From Planctomycetota bacterium (GTDB taxonomy: Bacteria; Planctomycetota; GCA-002687715; DRQF01): DNA of 37,082 nt. Below are positions 17,350 to 27,200 of this stretch, one piece after another; the first letter of the stretch is position 1, and each line of letters begins with the position of its first letter. Under the pieces are notes generated by a model, which was not told the DNA's origin, ran no database searches, and was given only the letters and a program-made list of their open reading frames with translations. The position numbers and the translations under genes are program-made. The stretch spans positions 1-37,082 of the forward strand of contig JAZGFI010000164.1 of the NCBI GenBank assembly GCA_036479435.1, in the 5' to 3' direction.

Positions 17350-18386
17350 ACGATTGGTTCGGAGAACCCGAGCGTCTGTGGCTGATCTTGGTGCCGCTTG
17401 CCCTTTTTGCCCTGTTCTTGTGGGACCGCCGTCGTCGCAGAGCTCTCCTCGACGAATTGGTGTCGGCGCGCCTGTTCGATGGCATGGTGGTAGGTCGCTC
17501 GCGGGCGCGGCGGCGTTGGCGTTTGATTCTCGTATTGATCGCGGTCTTGTTCATTGTCATTGCCCTCATGCGTCCGCAGTGGGGCAACCGAAACGTCGAG
17601 TTGACGCGCAAGGGGATCGACATCGTCTTTGCGATCGATGTTTCTAGAAGCATGCTCGCTCGCGACGTGAAGCCCAATCGAGTTGAGCGTGTGAAGCTGG
17701 ACGTCCGGTACTTTGTTCATGAGGTTGTTGAAGAGGACCGCATCGCTTTGGTCGCCTTCGCTGGCACCGCGCGCACTCTATGTCCCTTGACTCTCGATTT
17801 GGGTGCCTTTGAAGTGTTTTTGGACGAGCTGGATATCGGCAGCATCTCAAGAGGTGGAACAAACATGGCGTCCGCTTTGGCGGCGGCCTTGGATACTTTT
17901 GGCGATGACGAAAAGAACCACAAAGCCATCATCTTGTTTACTGACGGCGAGGGCCACGACCCCTTGCCTGATGATGAACTCAAGCTGGCGCTGAAGCGCG
18001 GCGTTCGGATTTACACCATCGGCATCGGCTCCGACGAGGGAGTTCGGATTCCTCTCGAAGGCGAGGATGGCGGCACAACTTGGCTAAAAGACCACAAGGG
18101 CAACATCGTGCTGACGCGCTTGGACGACAAGCGCCTGAAGACCATCGCACAGCGGAGTCTCGACGGGGCCTACACTCACCTTTCGGGGGGCAGAGGTAAC
18201 CTGGAGCGGATCTACGCTGACAACATTCGTAAGATCGAAGAGCGCGAGCTAAAAAGCCGTCGCCAGTACCGAAGGGTAGATCGTTTTCAAATCTTCCTCG
18301 TCATCGCTGGGCTGTTTTTGGGGCTGGCCTACTTCATGCCCGAGGGGCGCCGACTGCCCGCGCGGTTTACTGGAGATCAAGCATGA
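17346..18386 (+). CDS. batB: BatB-like VWA domain membrane protein
   Basis: ALMRPQWG, MIDAS DVSRSMLARDVKPNR, PLTLD, LFTDGE and IYTIGIG motifs. Confidence 0.9.
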   Translation: MNDWFGEPERLWLILVPLALFALFLWDRRRRRALLDELVSARLFDGMVVGRSRARRRWRLILVLIAVLFIVIALMRPQWGNRNVELTRKGIDIVFAIDVSRSMLARDVKPNRVERVKLDVRYFVHEVVEEDRIALVAFAGTARTLCPLTLDLGAFEVFLDELDIGSISRGGTNMASALAAALDTFGDDEKNHKAIILFTDGEGHDPLPDDELKLALKRGVRIYTIGIGSDEGVRIPLEGEDGGTTWLKDHKGNIVLTRLDDKRLKTIAQRSLDGAYTHLSGGRGNLERIYADNIRKIEERELKSRRQYRRVDRFQIFLVIAGLFLGLAYFMPEGRRLPARFTGDQA

Positions 18387-20122
18387 GAAGTTGCGGTATC
18401 TTGGTGCGACTTGTGCTGCTGATCTTGTCGACGACAAGTCTGGTGTCGAGTGCGACGTTCGCGGCGACTGTCAATTCCGACGAAGCGAGAAAACTCACTC
18501 GCGAGGGTCTGGCGCTTTTGAAGCAGGACAACTTCGATGGCGCCCTGACCAAGTTTCGCGACGCTCAAGTCGAAACACCCGAGTCCTCCGAGCTCCACTA
18601 CAACATCGGCCTTTGCCTTTACCGCCTCGAACGCTACGACGAAGCGGCGCAGGCTTTTGAGAGTGCCACCTTTAGTCCCAAAAAGGCCATCGAGAAGGCT
18701 AGCCTCCTGCAACTCGGAAATTGTGCGGTCAAAGAGGGCAAGCTCGAAGATGCTCTAAAGCACTATGACCGCGCCTTGTTGTTGGACGAAAAATTTGAAG
18801 ACGCCACTGTCAACCGAGCTTGGGTCGTTCGCAAGGTCGAGGAGCTAAGCCGCAAGAAAAAAGACCAAGAAGAAAAGCAAAAACAGCAACGGCGCTACAT
18901 CGAGAAACTGCAGGAAATCATCAAAAAGCAAACCATGGCTCACGCAGGGGTTCGGTTTTTGATGCGCCGGCAGGGGATGGAGCTTCCCGCAACGCGCGTG
19001 ACCTTACTGGCCGACCAGCTCAATATGCCCCCTTTGTCTGACGACGAACGTGCGGAGCCAGCGCCGACGCCGGAGGAGCGGTCGAAGTTCAGCGAAGGGC
19101 TTATCGCGGCCCAGGCCGACATCTTGGCGCTTAGCAAACAGCTCGTGGCTGAGGGTCAACAGCGCATCGCCGAACCCCAACAAAGCGATCAGGATCTTGA
19201 GGCGATCAAAAAGGCGGTACCGATCTTAGAAGGTGCCTTGCCGATCCTCGAACGCGCCCTGGAGCAGGCCAAGGGCGCCGACGAAGCGCTTCTCCACGCC
19301 GGGCAAGAAGAGGCCTTGATCCAACTATTGCGGGCGCTGAATGAACTTCTCGACGAGCTCACCCGTCTTATTCAAGATCAAGTACAGTTGCTTAAGACCA
19401 GCTCGAGCACGCTCGCGACAGAGCAATCAGAGGGCGCAGAGTCAAAGCCAGATCCGGCAGACTTACGTGGCTGGGGCATTGAACAGGCGAGCATACAGGC
19501 AGGCTTGCGTTCGCGTACACAATCGATCAGCGGACAAGTGGAATCGCAGGTCAAGGCCCTTCAACAGCAAGCAAGTAAGCCGGGCACAGCTCCCGAGGCG
19601 GGGCAGGATCCAAACGAGCAGCGCCGTCGTTTTCAAAAGGCACTCGGACATCTTCTCGCCGCGAGCACGGCGATGGAGGATGTCGATGCGGACCTGAAAG
19701 TCCCTTCTTTCGATGCCGCGGTGAAGGGCGAGAAGAAAGCGTTGGAGGAACTCGTCAAAGCGCGCGCCGCGCTGCAGCCTCCGCAGCAGTCGGGGCAGGA
19801 CGGCGAGAAAAAAGACCAAGACAAAAAGTCCGACGACAAGAAGCAGGATCAGGAAAAAAAAGACGAAAAGTCCGCTGACAAAAAGGACGGCGACCCCGAA
19901 GACCAGCCGCAAGACCAGCAGCCCAAATCTGAAGACAAGCCCGATGATCAAGGGAAGTCCGGAGAAAAAGAGGAGAAGCAAGAAGCTCGTCAGATCTCCA
20001 AAGAGCAGGCCAAAAAGATGCTCGAACGCGCGCGGCAAAACGAGCGAGACCGGCGCAAGAAAGACAAGAAGAAGGCCCGCAAGGTTCCCGCTCGTGGCGG
20101 CCGTCCGGCGAGGGATTGGTAG
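18383..20122 (+). CDS. Extended BatC-like TPR protein
   Basis: Signal peptide, TPRs (HYNIGLCLY, LGNCAVKEG..EDAL.HY), a long helical middle, a Q/D/K-rich linker and the BatC-type ending ISKEQAKKML...RDW. Confidence 0.82.
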   Translation: MRSCGILVRLVLLILSTTSLVSSATFAATVNSDEARKLTREGLALLKQDNFDGALTKFRDAQVETPESSELHYNIGLCLYRLERYDEAAQAFESATFSPKKAIEKASLLQLGNCAVKEGKLEDALKHYDRALLLDEKFEDATVNRAWVVRKVEELSRKKKDQEEKQKQQRRYIEKLQEIIKKQTMAHAGVRFLMRRQGMELPATRVTLLADQLNMPPLSDDERAEPAPTPEERSKFSEGLIAAQADILALSKQLVAEGQQRIAEPQQSDQDLEAIKKAVPILEGALPILERALEQAKGADEALLHAGQEEALIQLLRALNELLDELTRLIQDQVQLLKTSSSTLATEQSEGAESKPDPADLRGWGIEQASIQAGLRSRTQSISGQVESQVKALQQQASKPGTAPEAGQDPNEQRRRFQKALGHLLAASTAMEDVDADLKVPSFDAAVKGEKKALEELVKARAALQPPQQSGQDGEKKDQDKKSDDKKQDQEKKDEKSADKKDGDPEDQPQDQQPKSEDKPDDQGKSGEKEEKQEARQISKEQAKKMLERARQNERDRRKKDKKKARKVPARGGRPARDW

Positions 20123-21978
20123 TCGTGGCCTCAACGAAGTACATCTTGGCCTTAGGCGCCCTCATCTTGCTTTTGGGGTCGGTACCGTTAGTTGCCCAAG
20201 ACCTGAAAGTGCGCGTTGGCATGGAGCCTCAGCAGCCGGTGTTCGGCGAGGCCATCATCTTTGGCATTATTGTCACGCGAACGGCCAAGACGCCTTTTGA
20301 AGGCGGTGCGCCAGCAGAGGTCAAGATTCCGGACGGCGACGGCTACAAGCTCAAGTATCGCGAAACGCGCACGGGAAAAAGCACGCGAGGCTCAACCATC
20401 TTTGGCGGTCGCCGCAGCACTTACTATGAGGATTCTTGGACCCTCGTCTACGACCTTGTTCCCGAGCGTACCGGCGTCATTCAGATGCCGCCTTTTAGTT
20501 TTCAGATGCTCGGGAAGCCTCAGCGTGTTGGCAGCTTGACTTTCGAAGTTCTTAGCGAGGCGCCTGGCAATCGCTACGCGACGCTAGAGGTTTCGGCGAG
20601 CAACACCAGCCCCTACGTCAATCAGCCGGTCAAGCTAAGACTGGTCATCACCAGCGAAAAACCCACGGTTGATGTCAAAGTCAACCTGCCCTGGTCAAGC
20701 AACCCCAATGGCTTCAGCGGCCCGATTACGGCAGTCGGTTGGACCCAGGGACGCGGTGTCGCGGTGCAGCTCAACGGCGAGCGATTTGATTTTCAGCAAG
20801 AAGCGAATCCCGCAGTGCGTGGCGGTGAGCGTTTGGTGTACGAGCGCGTGGTTTATCCCATTGCCCCCGGTCGCGTCGAGCTTGCCCCGGCGAATTTGCA
20901 CATGGACGTAGCCCTGCGAATGGGGCGGGGAGTCTTTGGGCGGAGGCAGGTCCGAGAGTCGGCTAAAGTCGTGCTGGTCTCGCAACCTTTGGTGCTAGAA
21001 GTTCGCGATGCGCCGATCACCGGTCGGCCCCAACCTTTTACTGGAATCCTTGGCAATTTTAGCGGGCTGGTGCAGTTGGGTTCGACTTCGATCAAGGCGG
21101 GCGACGGGTTTACGCTGAGCTTGCAACTCGAAGGCGCGGGCGAGCTGGCTTCGCTGACGCCGCCTGACATTGCCGCCGCGCGCGGTTTCGAAAACTTCGA
21201 CGTCTACGCCCCCGACAAGACCATTGAGCCTGGGGCAAGAAAAGGTGACCAGCGGCTCACGATATCGTGGCTCATAGTCCCTAAGCTCGAGGCTAAGCTC
21301 GAGACTTTCCCGCGCTGGGAGTTTTCTTGGTTCAAGCCCTCGACGGAGACCTTCGAGACGGTCTCCGTCGGGCCAACGCCCATCGAAATCAAAGGAAGAG
21401 TCAGCGACGACGGGATCTTTGGCGGGGCGAGCAATGCCCGCGAAGCGCGGGAAATCATGACCTTGGGCGAAGGCCTGCGGCCGATCAAAGAGCTCCCCGA
21501 GGGACTGAGCGAACTGGCGCCCCGCGTGCCTTGGGCGGTGTTTTTGAGCGCCTTGATCCTTCCGGCTTTGCTTTTTGGCATCTCGACCCTTTTCCTGCGC
21601 CGCCGAGAAAACCTCGCGGGCGATGTGGCCCTCCAACGCCGCCGTCGGGCGTCGAAAGAGGCCACGGCCCGGCTGCAAGAAGCGCGGGAGCACATGAGTT
21701 CAGAACGCGGTTTTCATGGCAAGCTGGCGCGCAGTGTCACCGGGTTCCTCGGAGACAAGTTGGATTTGCCGCCGGCGCGGATCGCCGCGGCGACCGTTCG
21801 AGACTTGGTTCAGCAGGCGGGGGTGAGCGCGCAGCGCGGAGACGAATTGGCCACCTTGCTTCAAGACCTTGAGTCAAAAGAGTTCGGGGGTGGCGGGGCT
21901 AGTGCCGCCGAACGGCAGTCGGACTTTGACCGCGCCGAAGTTCTCATTCGAGCTCTCGACCGTGAGATCAAACGATGA
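20116..21978 (+). CDS. batD: BatD-like protein
   Basis: Signal peptide, repeated beta-rich domains (PYVNQPV, FTGILGNF, FSWFKP), a TM helix and a helical tail; position in the bat operon. Confidence 0.82.
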   Translation: MVVVASTKYILALGALILLLGSVPLVAQDLKVRVGMEPQQPVFGEAIIFGIIVTRTAKTPFEGGAPAEVKIPDGDGYKLKYRETRTGKSTRGSTIFGGRRSTYYEDSWTLVYDLVPERTGVIQMPPFSFQMLGKPQRVGSLTFEVLSEAPGNRYATLEVSASNTSPYVNQPVKLRLVITSEKPTVDVKVNLPWSSNPNGFSGPITAVGWTQGRGVAVQLNGERFDFQQEANPAVRGGERLVYERVVYPIAPGRVELAPANLHMDVALRMGRGVFGRRQVRESAKVVLVSQPLVLEVRDAPITGRPQPFTGILGNFSGLVQLGSTSIKAGDGFTLSLQLEGAGELASLTPPDIAAARGFENFDVYAPDKTIEPGARKGDQRLTISWLIVPKLEAKLETFPRWEFSWFKPSTETFETVSVGPTPIEIKGRVSDDGIFGGASNAREAREIMTLGEGLRPIKELPEGLSELAPRVPWAVFLSALILPALLFGISTLFLRRRENLAGDVALQRRRRASKEATARLQEAREHMSSERGFHGKLARSVTGFLGDKLDLPPARIAAATVRDLVQQAGVSAQRGDELATLLQDLESKEFGGGGASAAERQSDFDRAEVLIRALDREIKR

Positions 21979-22721
21979 TGCGCGTACTTGGGATTTTTGT
22001 TCTCGTTGCGATCTGGACGCCATGGGCAGGGGCGCAGGTCGAGGCCGAGCGTGCCTTCCACCGTGGCTCTGAGCTCTTCGACAAGGGTGACTTTGCTGCC
22101 GCCGCGAAGGCTTGGGAGGAAGCTCTCGCCGCCGACGCGGGAGGTCCCACGCTTCACTTTAACCTCGGCACGGCATACCTGAGGTTGGGTCGCAATGGCC
22201 CCGCCCTTCACCAACTCCTCGTTGCCGAACGTTTCGATCCGCGTGATGAAGATATCACGACCAACTTGGCGCTAGCGCGCAAAAGGCTCGGACGTTCCAG
22301 TCTGGATGACCGGCCGACCTTCATCCGCACCCTGTTGTGGCTCCACGAAAAGACCACTCCTAAAGAAGCTCTCTCGCTGTTCGCCGTACTGTGGTTCGTC
22401 GCCTTCGCCCTGTTGATCTTGCGACGCGCCTTTGGCCGTCCGCAAACTTTGGGGCTCGCGATGTCGCTCATCGCCTTGGGCCTAATCCTCGCGTTTTCGC
22501 TCTGCGCGCGACACTTTGCGTGGTGGTCTCCTACGCAGGCGGTCGTCCTCCAAAACGCCACCGCTTTCACCGGCCCCTCTGAAACCACCTATCAACCCCA
22601 CTTCAAACTCCCCGAAGGCGCCGAGGTCGAAGTGCTCGAATCCAAAGATACTTGGCTGAAAGTCAAAGCCGGAGACCAACAGGGCTTCCTCCCCGCCTCC
22701 CAACTTGGCCTCATCCCCTAA
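21975..22721 (+). CDS. batE: BatE-like TPR + TM + SH3 protein
   Basis: LHFNLGTAY...PRDEDI..NL, two TM helices and an SH3b-like FKLPEGAEVEVLE....WLKV....QGFLP. Confidence 0.85.
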   Translation: MMRVLGIFVLVAIWTPWAGAQVEAERAFHRGSELFDKGDFAAAAKAWEEALAADAGGPTLHFNLGTAYLRLGRNGPALHQLLVAERFDPRDEDITTNLALARKRLGRSSLDDRPTFIRTLLWLHEKTTPKEALSLFAVLWFVAFALLILRRAFGRPQTLGLAMSLIALGLILAFSLCARHFAWWSPTQAVVLQNATAFTGPSETTYQPHFKLPEGAEVEVLESKDTWLKVKAGDQQGFLPASQLGLIP

Positions 22722-22831
22722 TTACCGGTCATACGGTGTCAGACTAAATTCTCCCACTTTTTTGACCTCCCGCCTCCCTCCTCATTTTCATGTAGTCTCG
22801 ACTGGCTGGAGCAGGCAAGGAGACCACCATC

Positions 22832-24070
22832 ATGAAGCTCAGTTTCGCGAGTACCCTGGCTGCCGCCGTCGCAGCACTCTTGTGTCTTGGTCTCGGATTC
22901 TTTGTGGGAAGCGAATGGGGCGACTCTCAAGACCCCGATGAAGTTGGTGCTCCTCGTCAGACGGCGGATGGCGACATCGCGGAGAATCGATCGCCAAACC
23001 CGCGGTCGGAGGCGAAAAGTCGCCGGCGACTCGCGGCGATAGTGCCGGAGGAGACCCAAGACGCGGCCGACGTCTTGTTCAGTGAAAAGCTGATGGGGTA
23101 CTTTCGTACCGAGTACCGCGGAGCCTGGGAGACCGAGCGCGAGAACGAAATCAGCACTGCACAATGGGAGAAGGCCGTCAACGAATTCAAGACTGCAGTG
23201 TTGGCATTGCCCGCGACGATGGCGCTAAAATCCGCTTTGGATGCGAATCGAGATGAGCGCCTCGCCAAGGGCCTCGAGAACGCCGAGCAAGACTCTGTCT
23301 TGGAGGCGATTCAGAAGGGACTTTGGGCCCCGGATGCGACGACCTTTGACGCCGAGCTGATGGGTCGCATCCTCAAACCGCAGTTAGTCGGGGGCAACCA
23401 GGGGGGGCCTTCGTTTCAATCAGACAAAAGATCGAAGCCTCGCAATGGGCTCACCCTCTTTTTCCCTCGCGGCATCCACAAGCTCAGTCCGCGTAAGCTC
23501 CAAATTCGTCGCAACGTGGTCGAAGACCTGACGATTGCCGGCGCGGGTAAAGATCAGACTCTTCTGCAGCTTGGAGAGCTTGATAGCCGGGAGTCGATCA
23601 AGCGTTTGAGTTTCAAAGACCTGACGATCGATCTTGGCGATGACTACTTTTTTGATGTGCGGGGCAACAGTAACCTTTCGATCGACATGTTGCGGACACG
23701 ACTCGTGCGCTTCGACATGGGAGCGGGAGGCAGTCTCGCCTTTGCGGTCGGCGGCGGCGCGATCATCCGGGCAATCGACTGCGAGTTTCTCGGTGGCTAT
23801 GGTCGCAGTCCGGGGTCGGGCAACCTCTATCGAGGCCGGCCGGGTTGGATGTACTTTTCGCGCTGCCGTTTCTCCATGCTTGATCTCAACATTAGACAGG
23901 GGAGTGCTATCCGTTTTGACGACTGCAACTTCGACGGCATGCGCTCTGATCCGCGGAAGAGGCACCCAAAGTTGTTTCGCGGGGGGAGCTTCACGAAGCT
24001 CCAGAACCCAAGAGAGTACCGGCGGCGAAAGCCGATCTCCCTGGCAACTCTTTTCCCGGATTTCAAATGA
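22832..24070 (+). CDS. Hypothetical membrane-anchored protein with a C-terminal beta-helix-like region
   Basis: AAGGAG RBS, N-terminal TM/signal, FPRGIH..., LTIAGAGKDQTLL and repeated F..C.F turns typical of parallel beta-helices. Confidence 0.7.
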   Translation: MKLSFASTLAAAVAALLCLGLGFFVGSEWGDSQDPDEVGAPRQTADGDIAENRSPNPRSEAKSRRRLAAIVPEETQDAADVLFSEKLMGYFRTEYRGAWETERENEISTAQWEKAVNEFKTAVLALPATMALKSALDANRDERLAKGLENAEQDSVLEAIQKGLWAPDATTFDAELMGRILKPQLVGGNQGGPSFQSDKRSKPRNGLTLFFPRGIHKLSPRKLQIRRNVVEDLTIAGAGKDQTLLQLGELDSRESIKRLSFKDLTIDLGDDYFFDVRGNSNLSIDMLRTRLVRFDMGAGGSLAFAVGGGAIIRAIDCEFLGGYGRSPGSGNLYRGRPGWMYFSRCRFSMLDLNIRQGSAIRFDDCNFDGMRSDPRKRHPKLFRGGSFTKLQNPREYRRRKPISLATLFPDFK

Positions 24071-24109
24071 CAACGCTCAGCCGATACCAGGCCTAAAGGA
24101 GACGATGGG

Positions 24110-24922
24110 GTGATTTCCGACACCGAGATCTCACAGTTCGTCGATCGCTTTCATCGCGACGGGTTTTTGCTCATCGAGGGTGCTTTGACCCCTGAGCAGT
24201 GCACTGCCCTGCGGTCCGAGGTTGACCTCGCGATGGACGAGTACCCCACGCCCGGCCTTGCCCGCTGGGTCCGGTCGCAGATGTTTTTGCGAGGCCCGGT
24301 TTTCGAAGAACTCCTCGATCATCCTCCGGCCTTTGATGTCGCCGAAAAACTGCTCAGTTTTGAGCGCGGCGACAAAAGAGTTCTTGGCGGTGAGCAGATG
24401 TGGGAAGGCTGCCAAGTGATGAACGTCACGAGCATGGTGTCGCGGGGTGAAAGTCCCGGAGACCTGTGGCACGTCGATGACTTCCTGTTGTTTCCGCGGC
24501 CGGAGGGGATTCCCTGGGATGACCGAATCCCCTTTCCCGTTTTCATTGTCTCGGCGCTTTACTACCTAAACGACCTCACAGCCGAGATGGGGCCGACGCT
24601 GGTGGTACCGGGAAGTCACAAGGCTGGGTATCGCCCCGACCCCAAGGCCGAAAAACCCACCTACGAGGGGCGCGGCCCCCAGACAGTCTTGGCAAGGGCT
24701 GGAGACTGTTTGCTTTTTCACAGTCAGCTTTGGCATCGCGCGGATGGACATCGCTGCGACCGACCTCGTTATGTGCAGCAGGTGCACTACGGAGCTCGCT
24801 TTATCTCTCAGCGCCTCTTTCCGATGCCCAATTTCCACATGCCGCAAGATTTTCTTCTGCGGCTGACGCCGCGCCGGCAGCGGCTCATGGGCATGCACGC
24901 CTGTTGGGGTCAGTTCACCTAA
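24110..24922 (+). CDS. Phytanoyl-CoA dioxygenase (PhyH) family protein
   Basis: FHRDGFLLIEGAL, WHVD (HxD), GPTLVVPGSH and AGDCLLFHSQLWHR motifs; AAGGAG RBS. Confidence 0.9.
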   Translation: MISDTEISQFVDRFHRDGFLLIEGALTPEQCTALRSEVDLAMDEYPTPGLARWVRSQMFLRGPVFEELLDHPPAFDVAEKLLSFERGDKRVLGGEQMWEGCQVMNVTSMVSRGESPGDLWHVDDFLLFPRPEGIPWDDRIPFPVFIVSALYYLNDLTAEMGPTLVVPGSHKAGYRPDPKAEKPTYEGRGPQTVLARAGDCLLFHSQLWHRADGHRCDRPRYVQQVHYGARFISQRLFPMPNFHMPQDFLLRLTPRRQRLMGMHACWGQFT

Positions 24923-24927
24923 GCACA

Positions 24928-26154
24928 TCAGACTCCGAGGCCGAGGTAAGACCAACCCGCGGCTTCGACCGCGCGCCGGCGCAGGGAGTTGGAGAGATCC
25001 ACGAGTACCTCACAGTTGGGATACTCGGCGACATCGATTCGATGCCATGACAAGTCGTCACGGGCGATGACCAAAGCCCTGATCTCGGGTCTCGGGGTTC
25101 CGATTGGGGCGTCTTCGTTGGGCCGGATTTGGGTGCTGATTTTTGAATCGCGGTGCTCCAGACTGTTCAAGAAATCTCGGAGGCGGCTGGGAAGTGGATC
25201 AGCCGACGGCTCCGGCAAGAAGACTTCGATCGCAAGTCCTTTCAAGGGTCCCATCTTTGCCTCGAGCCGCTCTATCATGAGCTCTCCAACCGCGTTGTTG
25301 GCCGACTGAGCGGCTGCAAGCAGGCGCGATTCGGTTGCCCGGCCCAAAAGCGTAGCGCAGACTCTGACCTCATCGCCAATTCCCTGCATCCCCGCACCGT
25401 GTACCGGAAAAAAGGGCTGGGTGTTCGTCAAGTAGAGGACGAGTTCGAGGTCGATATCGAGAGCTGGCGTGTGCGCCGCAAGCTCGTGTGTGAACGCGGC
25501 GCTCAACTCTCGGTTGGCTCGCTCGACTAAACCGACGAATTCGGCCGTCTCAAGGTTTGGGACCTGCGTCAAGATGGTGTCGGCAACATCGCGATAGAAC
25601 TCAGTAGCCACCTCAGAACTCTTCTCGTTCCAAGCGCCATAGACTTTGGGGAATCGAACGATGTCGGCAAAGACGTGCCCGGCGGTGTAGCGCGGTGGAC
25701 TCATGGCAACATGAAAGTCCTCGCCAACGCGGAGGCCTGAGGCGCGCTGAAGCTCCGGGACGAAGCGTTTGCGGACGTCACCCAGGCCCACAAGAGTCTC
25801 GAAGCAGATCAGAGTTCCCTTGCTGAGTCCGGCGCCCACGGCGCGAACGACTTCGTCAAGTGGCCCGTAGTCCGGCCCGTCGGCCCCATTCCCAAGCTTC
25901 GTAAAGATGACGACGACTTGCGCGTCACGGGTCGCCTCCGAAATGTCAGTCCCGAGACGAAGGAGTCCGCGCCCATGGGCCGCCATCACGCGCTCTTCGA
26001 GCAGTGGCTCATTGGGGTCGGGTATGCGACCCGCGGCTAAAGCCGCCGATCGTTCTGGATCCGGATCACACAACACCACTTTTCGCTCCTTGAGAGCGAA
26101 GTGGGTGGCAAGGGCTGCGCTAACTGGACCTGATCCTACAACGAGGATTGACAT
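24928..26154 (-). CDS. UDP-glucose/GDP-mannose dehydrogenase family homolog with degenerate catalytic motifs
   Basis: N-terminal Rossmann fold, EPLL, SGL..GEDF.VAMSPPR, PKV.G and TAEF..LVE. The canonical Lys, the GGHC Cys and the PER Glu are all absent. Confidence 0.8.
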   Translation of the reverse strand: MSILVVGSGPVSAALATHFALKERKVVLCDPDPERSAALAAGRIPDPNEPLLEERVMAAHGRGLLRLGTDISEATRDAQVVVIFTKLGNGADGPDYGPLDEVVRAVGAGLSKGTLICFETLVGLGDVRKRFVPELQRASGLRVGEDFHVAMSPPRYTAGHVFADIVRFPKVYGAWNEKSSEVATEFYRDVADTILTQVPNLETAEFVGLVERANRELSAAFTHELAAHTPALDIDLELVLYLTNTQPFFPVHGAGMQGIGDEVRVCATLLGRATESRLLAAAQSANNAVGELMIERLEAKMGPLKGLAIEVFLPEPSADPLPSRLRDFLNSLEHRDSKISTQIRPNEDAPIGTPRPEIRALVIARDDLSWHRIDVAEYPNCEVLVDLSNSLRRRAVEAAGWSYLGLGV

Positions 26155-26230
26155 CGATAGGAAGTTTCCGTGTTCAAGCTACCTTCAGCCTCTCCGCCGA
26201 GCCCGATCATTCTCTTTCGCTGCCGATGGC

Positions 26231-27049
26231 TCACCGACGTTGGAGGGTCGTCGAGACAAGATCTTCGGTCCAGGCGATACTGTCCTCTTCGTGGCGAACT
26301 CTGCGTACACAACATAGGTCGGGATGCAACCAACGGGTGGTTCGGCTCCCGTCCTCGAAGGTCTGCTCGATGACTCGGCAATCGAAAACTCCGGCGGGAA
26401 CCTCGATGACTTCGGAGCTAAGGTAGACGAACCGGCTTTTACTATCGCGGCTAGGCCAAGAGTCCTTTGGCTCTCGCCTTTGGATCCTAGGCCAATACTC
26501 GGCATCGAACTCCTCCGTTTCGCCGTAGCGGTTAACGATGGTGACCGAAGGACTTTGGGCCGTCAGTAGAACTCCAATCATCGTATAGCGGGCGGTGGTT
26601 GGTGAGTTGTCAAAGTCAGCCTGCGATTTGCGCTCGTAGGTCCATTCAAGGCTTGTAACGGGCGGAACCATGGCGGGCGAGGGGCTTGCAAGCACGGTTA
26701 TTGTCACGGGACTCGAGCTTGAGACCGTGCTGGACGTGACGATAGAACTGATATTGAGCAAGGCGCTGTAGACGCCGGGATCCATGTAGGTGTGGCTGAC
26801 GGTCTGTCCGGTTGCGGTCTCGCCGTCGCCGAAGACCCAATGGTAGGTGAAGCCCCCAGGCGTGGCATCACTGGTATCTTGAAAGTCGACGATCAAGGGC
26901 GCGTTGCCAGAATTTACAGATACCGTGAAAGTCGCATCCGGGGTGTCGCTTGGTTGCAAGAAGTCGTCAAGGAGAAACTCGCCTACCTTCTTGCTGGAGC
27001 AGGCGCCGAGGAAAATTAATATGAGCAGAACCAAAAGTCTAGGTGCCAT
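26231..27049 (-). CDS. PKD-domain lipoprotein
   Basis: Lipobox LGAC; PKD motif GNAPLIVDF...YHWVFGDG......VSHTY..PGVY; C-terminal IEVPAGVFDC beta domain. Start may instead be 27070. Confidence 0.8.
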   Translation of the reverse strand: MAPRLLVLLILIFLGACSSKKVGEFLLDDFLQPSDTPDATFTVSVNSGNAPLIVDFQDTSDATPGGFTYHWVFGDGETATGQTVSHTYMDPGVYSALLNISSIVTSSTVSSSSPVTITVLASPSPAMVPPVTSLEWTYERKSQADFDNSPTTARYTMIGVLLTAQSPSVTIVNRYGETEEFDAEYWPRIQRREPKDSWPSRDSKSRFVYLSSEVIEVPAGVFDCRVIEQTFEDGSRTTRWLHPDLCCVRRVRHEEDSIAWTEDLVSTTLQRR

Positions 27050-27200
27050 AGAAACATTCGCATGCTGCATCGAATTCTCCGATTCGTTGACGAGACAGTC
27101 TGACCACAGCTGTGGCCATCCCCGATAGCTTAACGCTACGCCCCGGCAACCGGTTTGTCATGGTGTCGGTGAAGGCCGCAGAAACTGCCGCCAAGATGGC

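Noticed and set aside
19780..20080. Low-complexity purine-rich tract as a DNA repeat element
   Set aside because: It encodes the Q/D/K/E-rich linker normal for BatC-like proteins.
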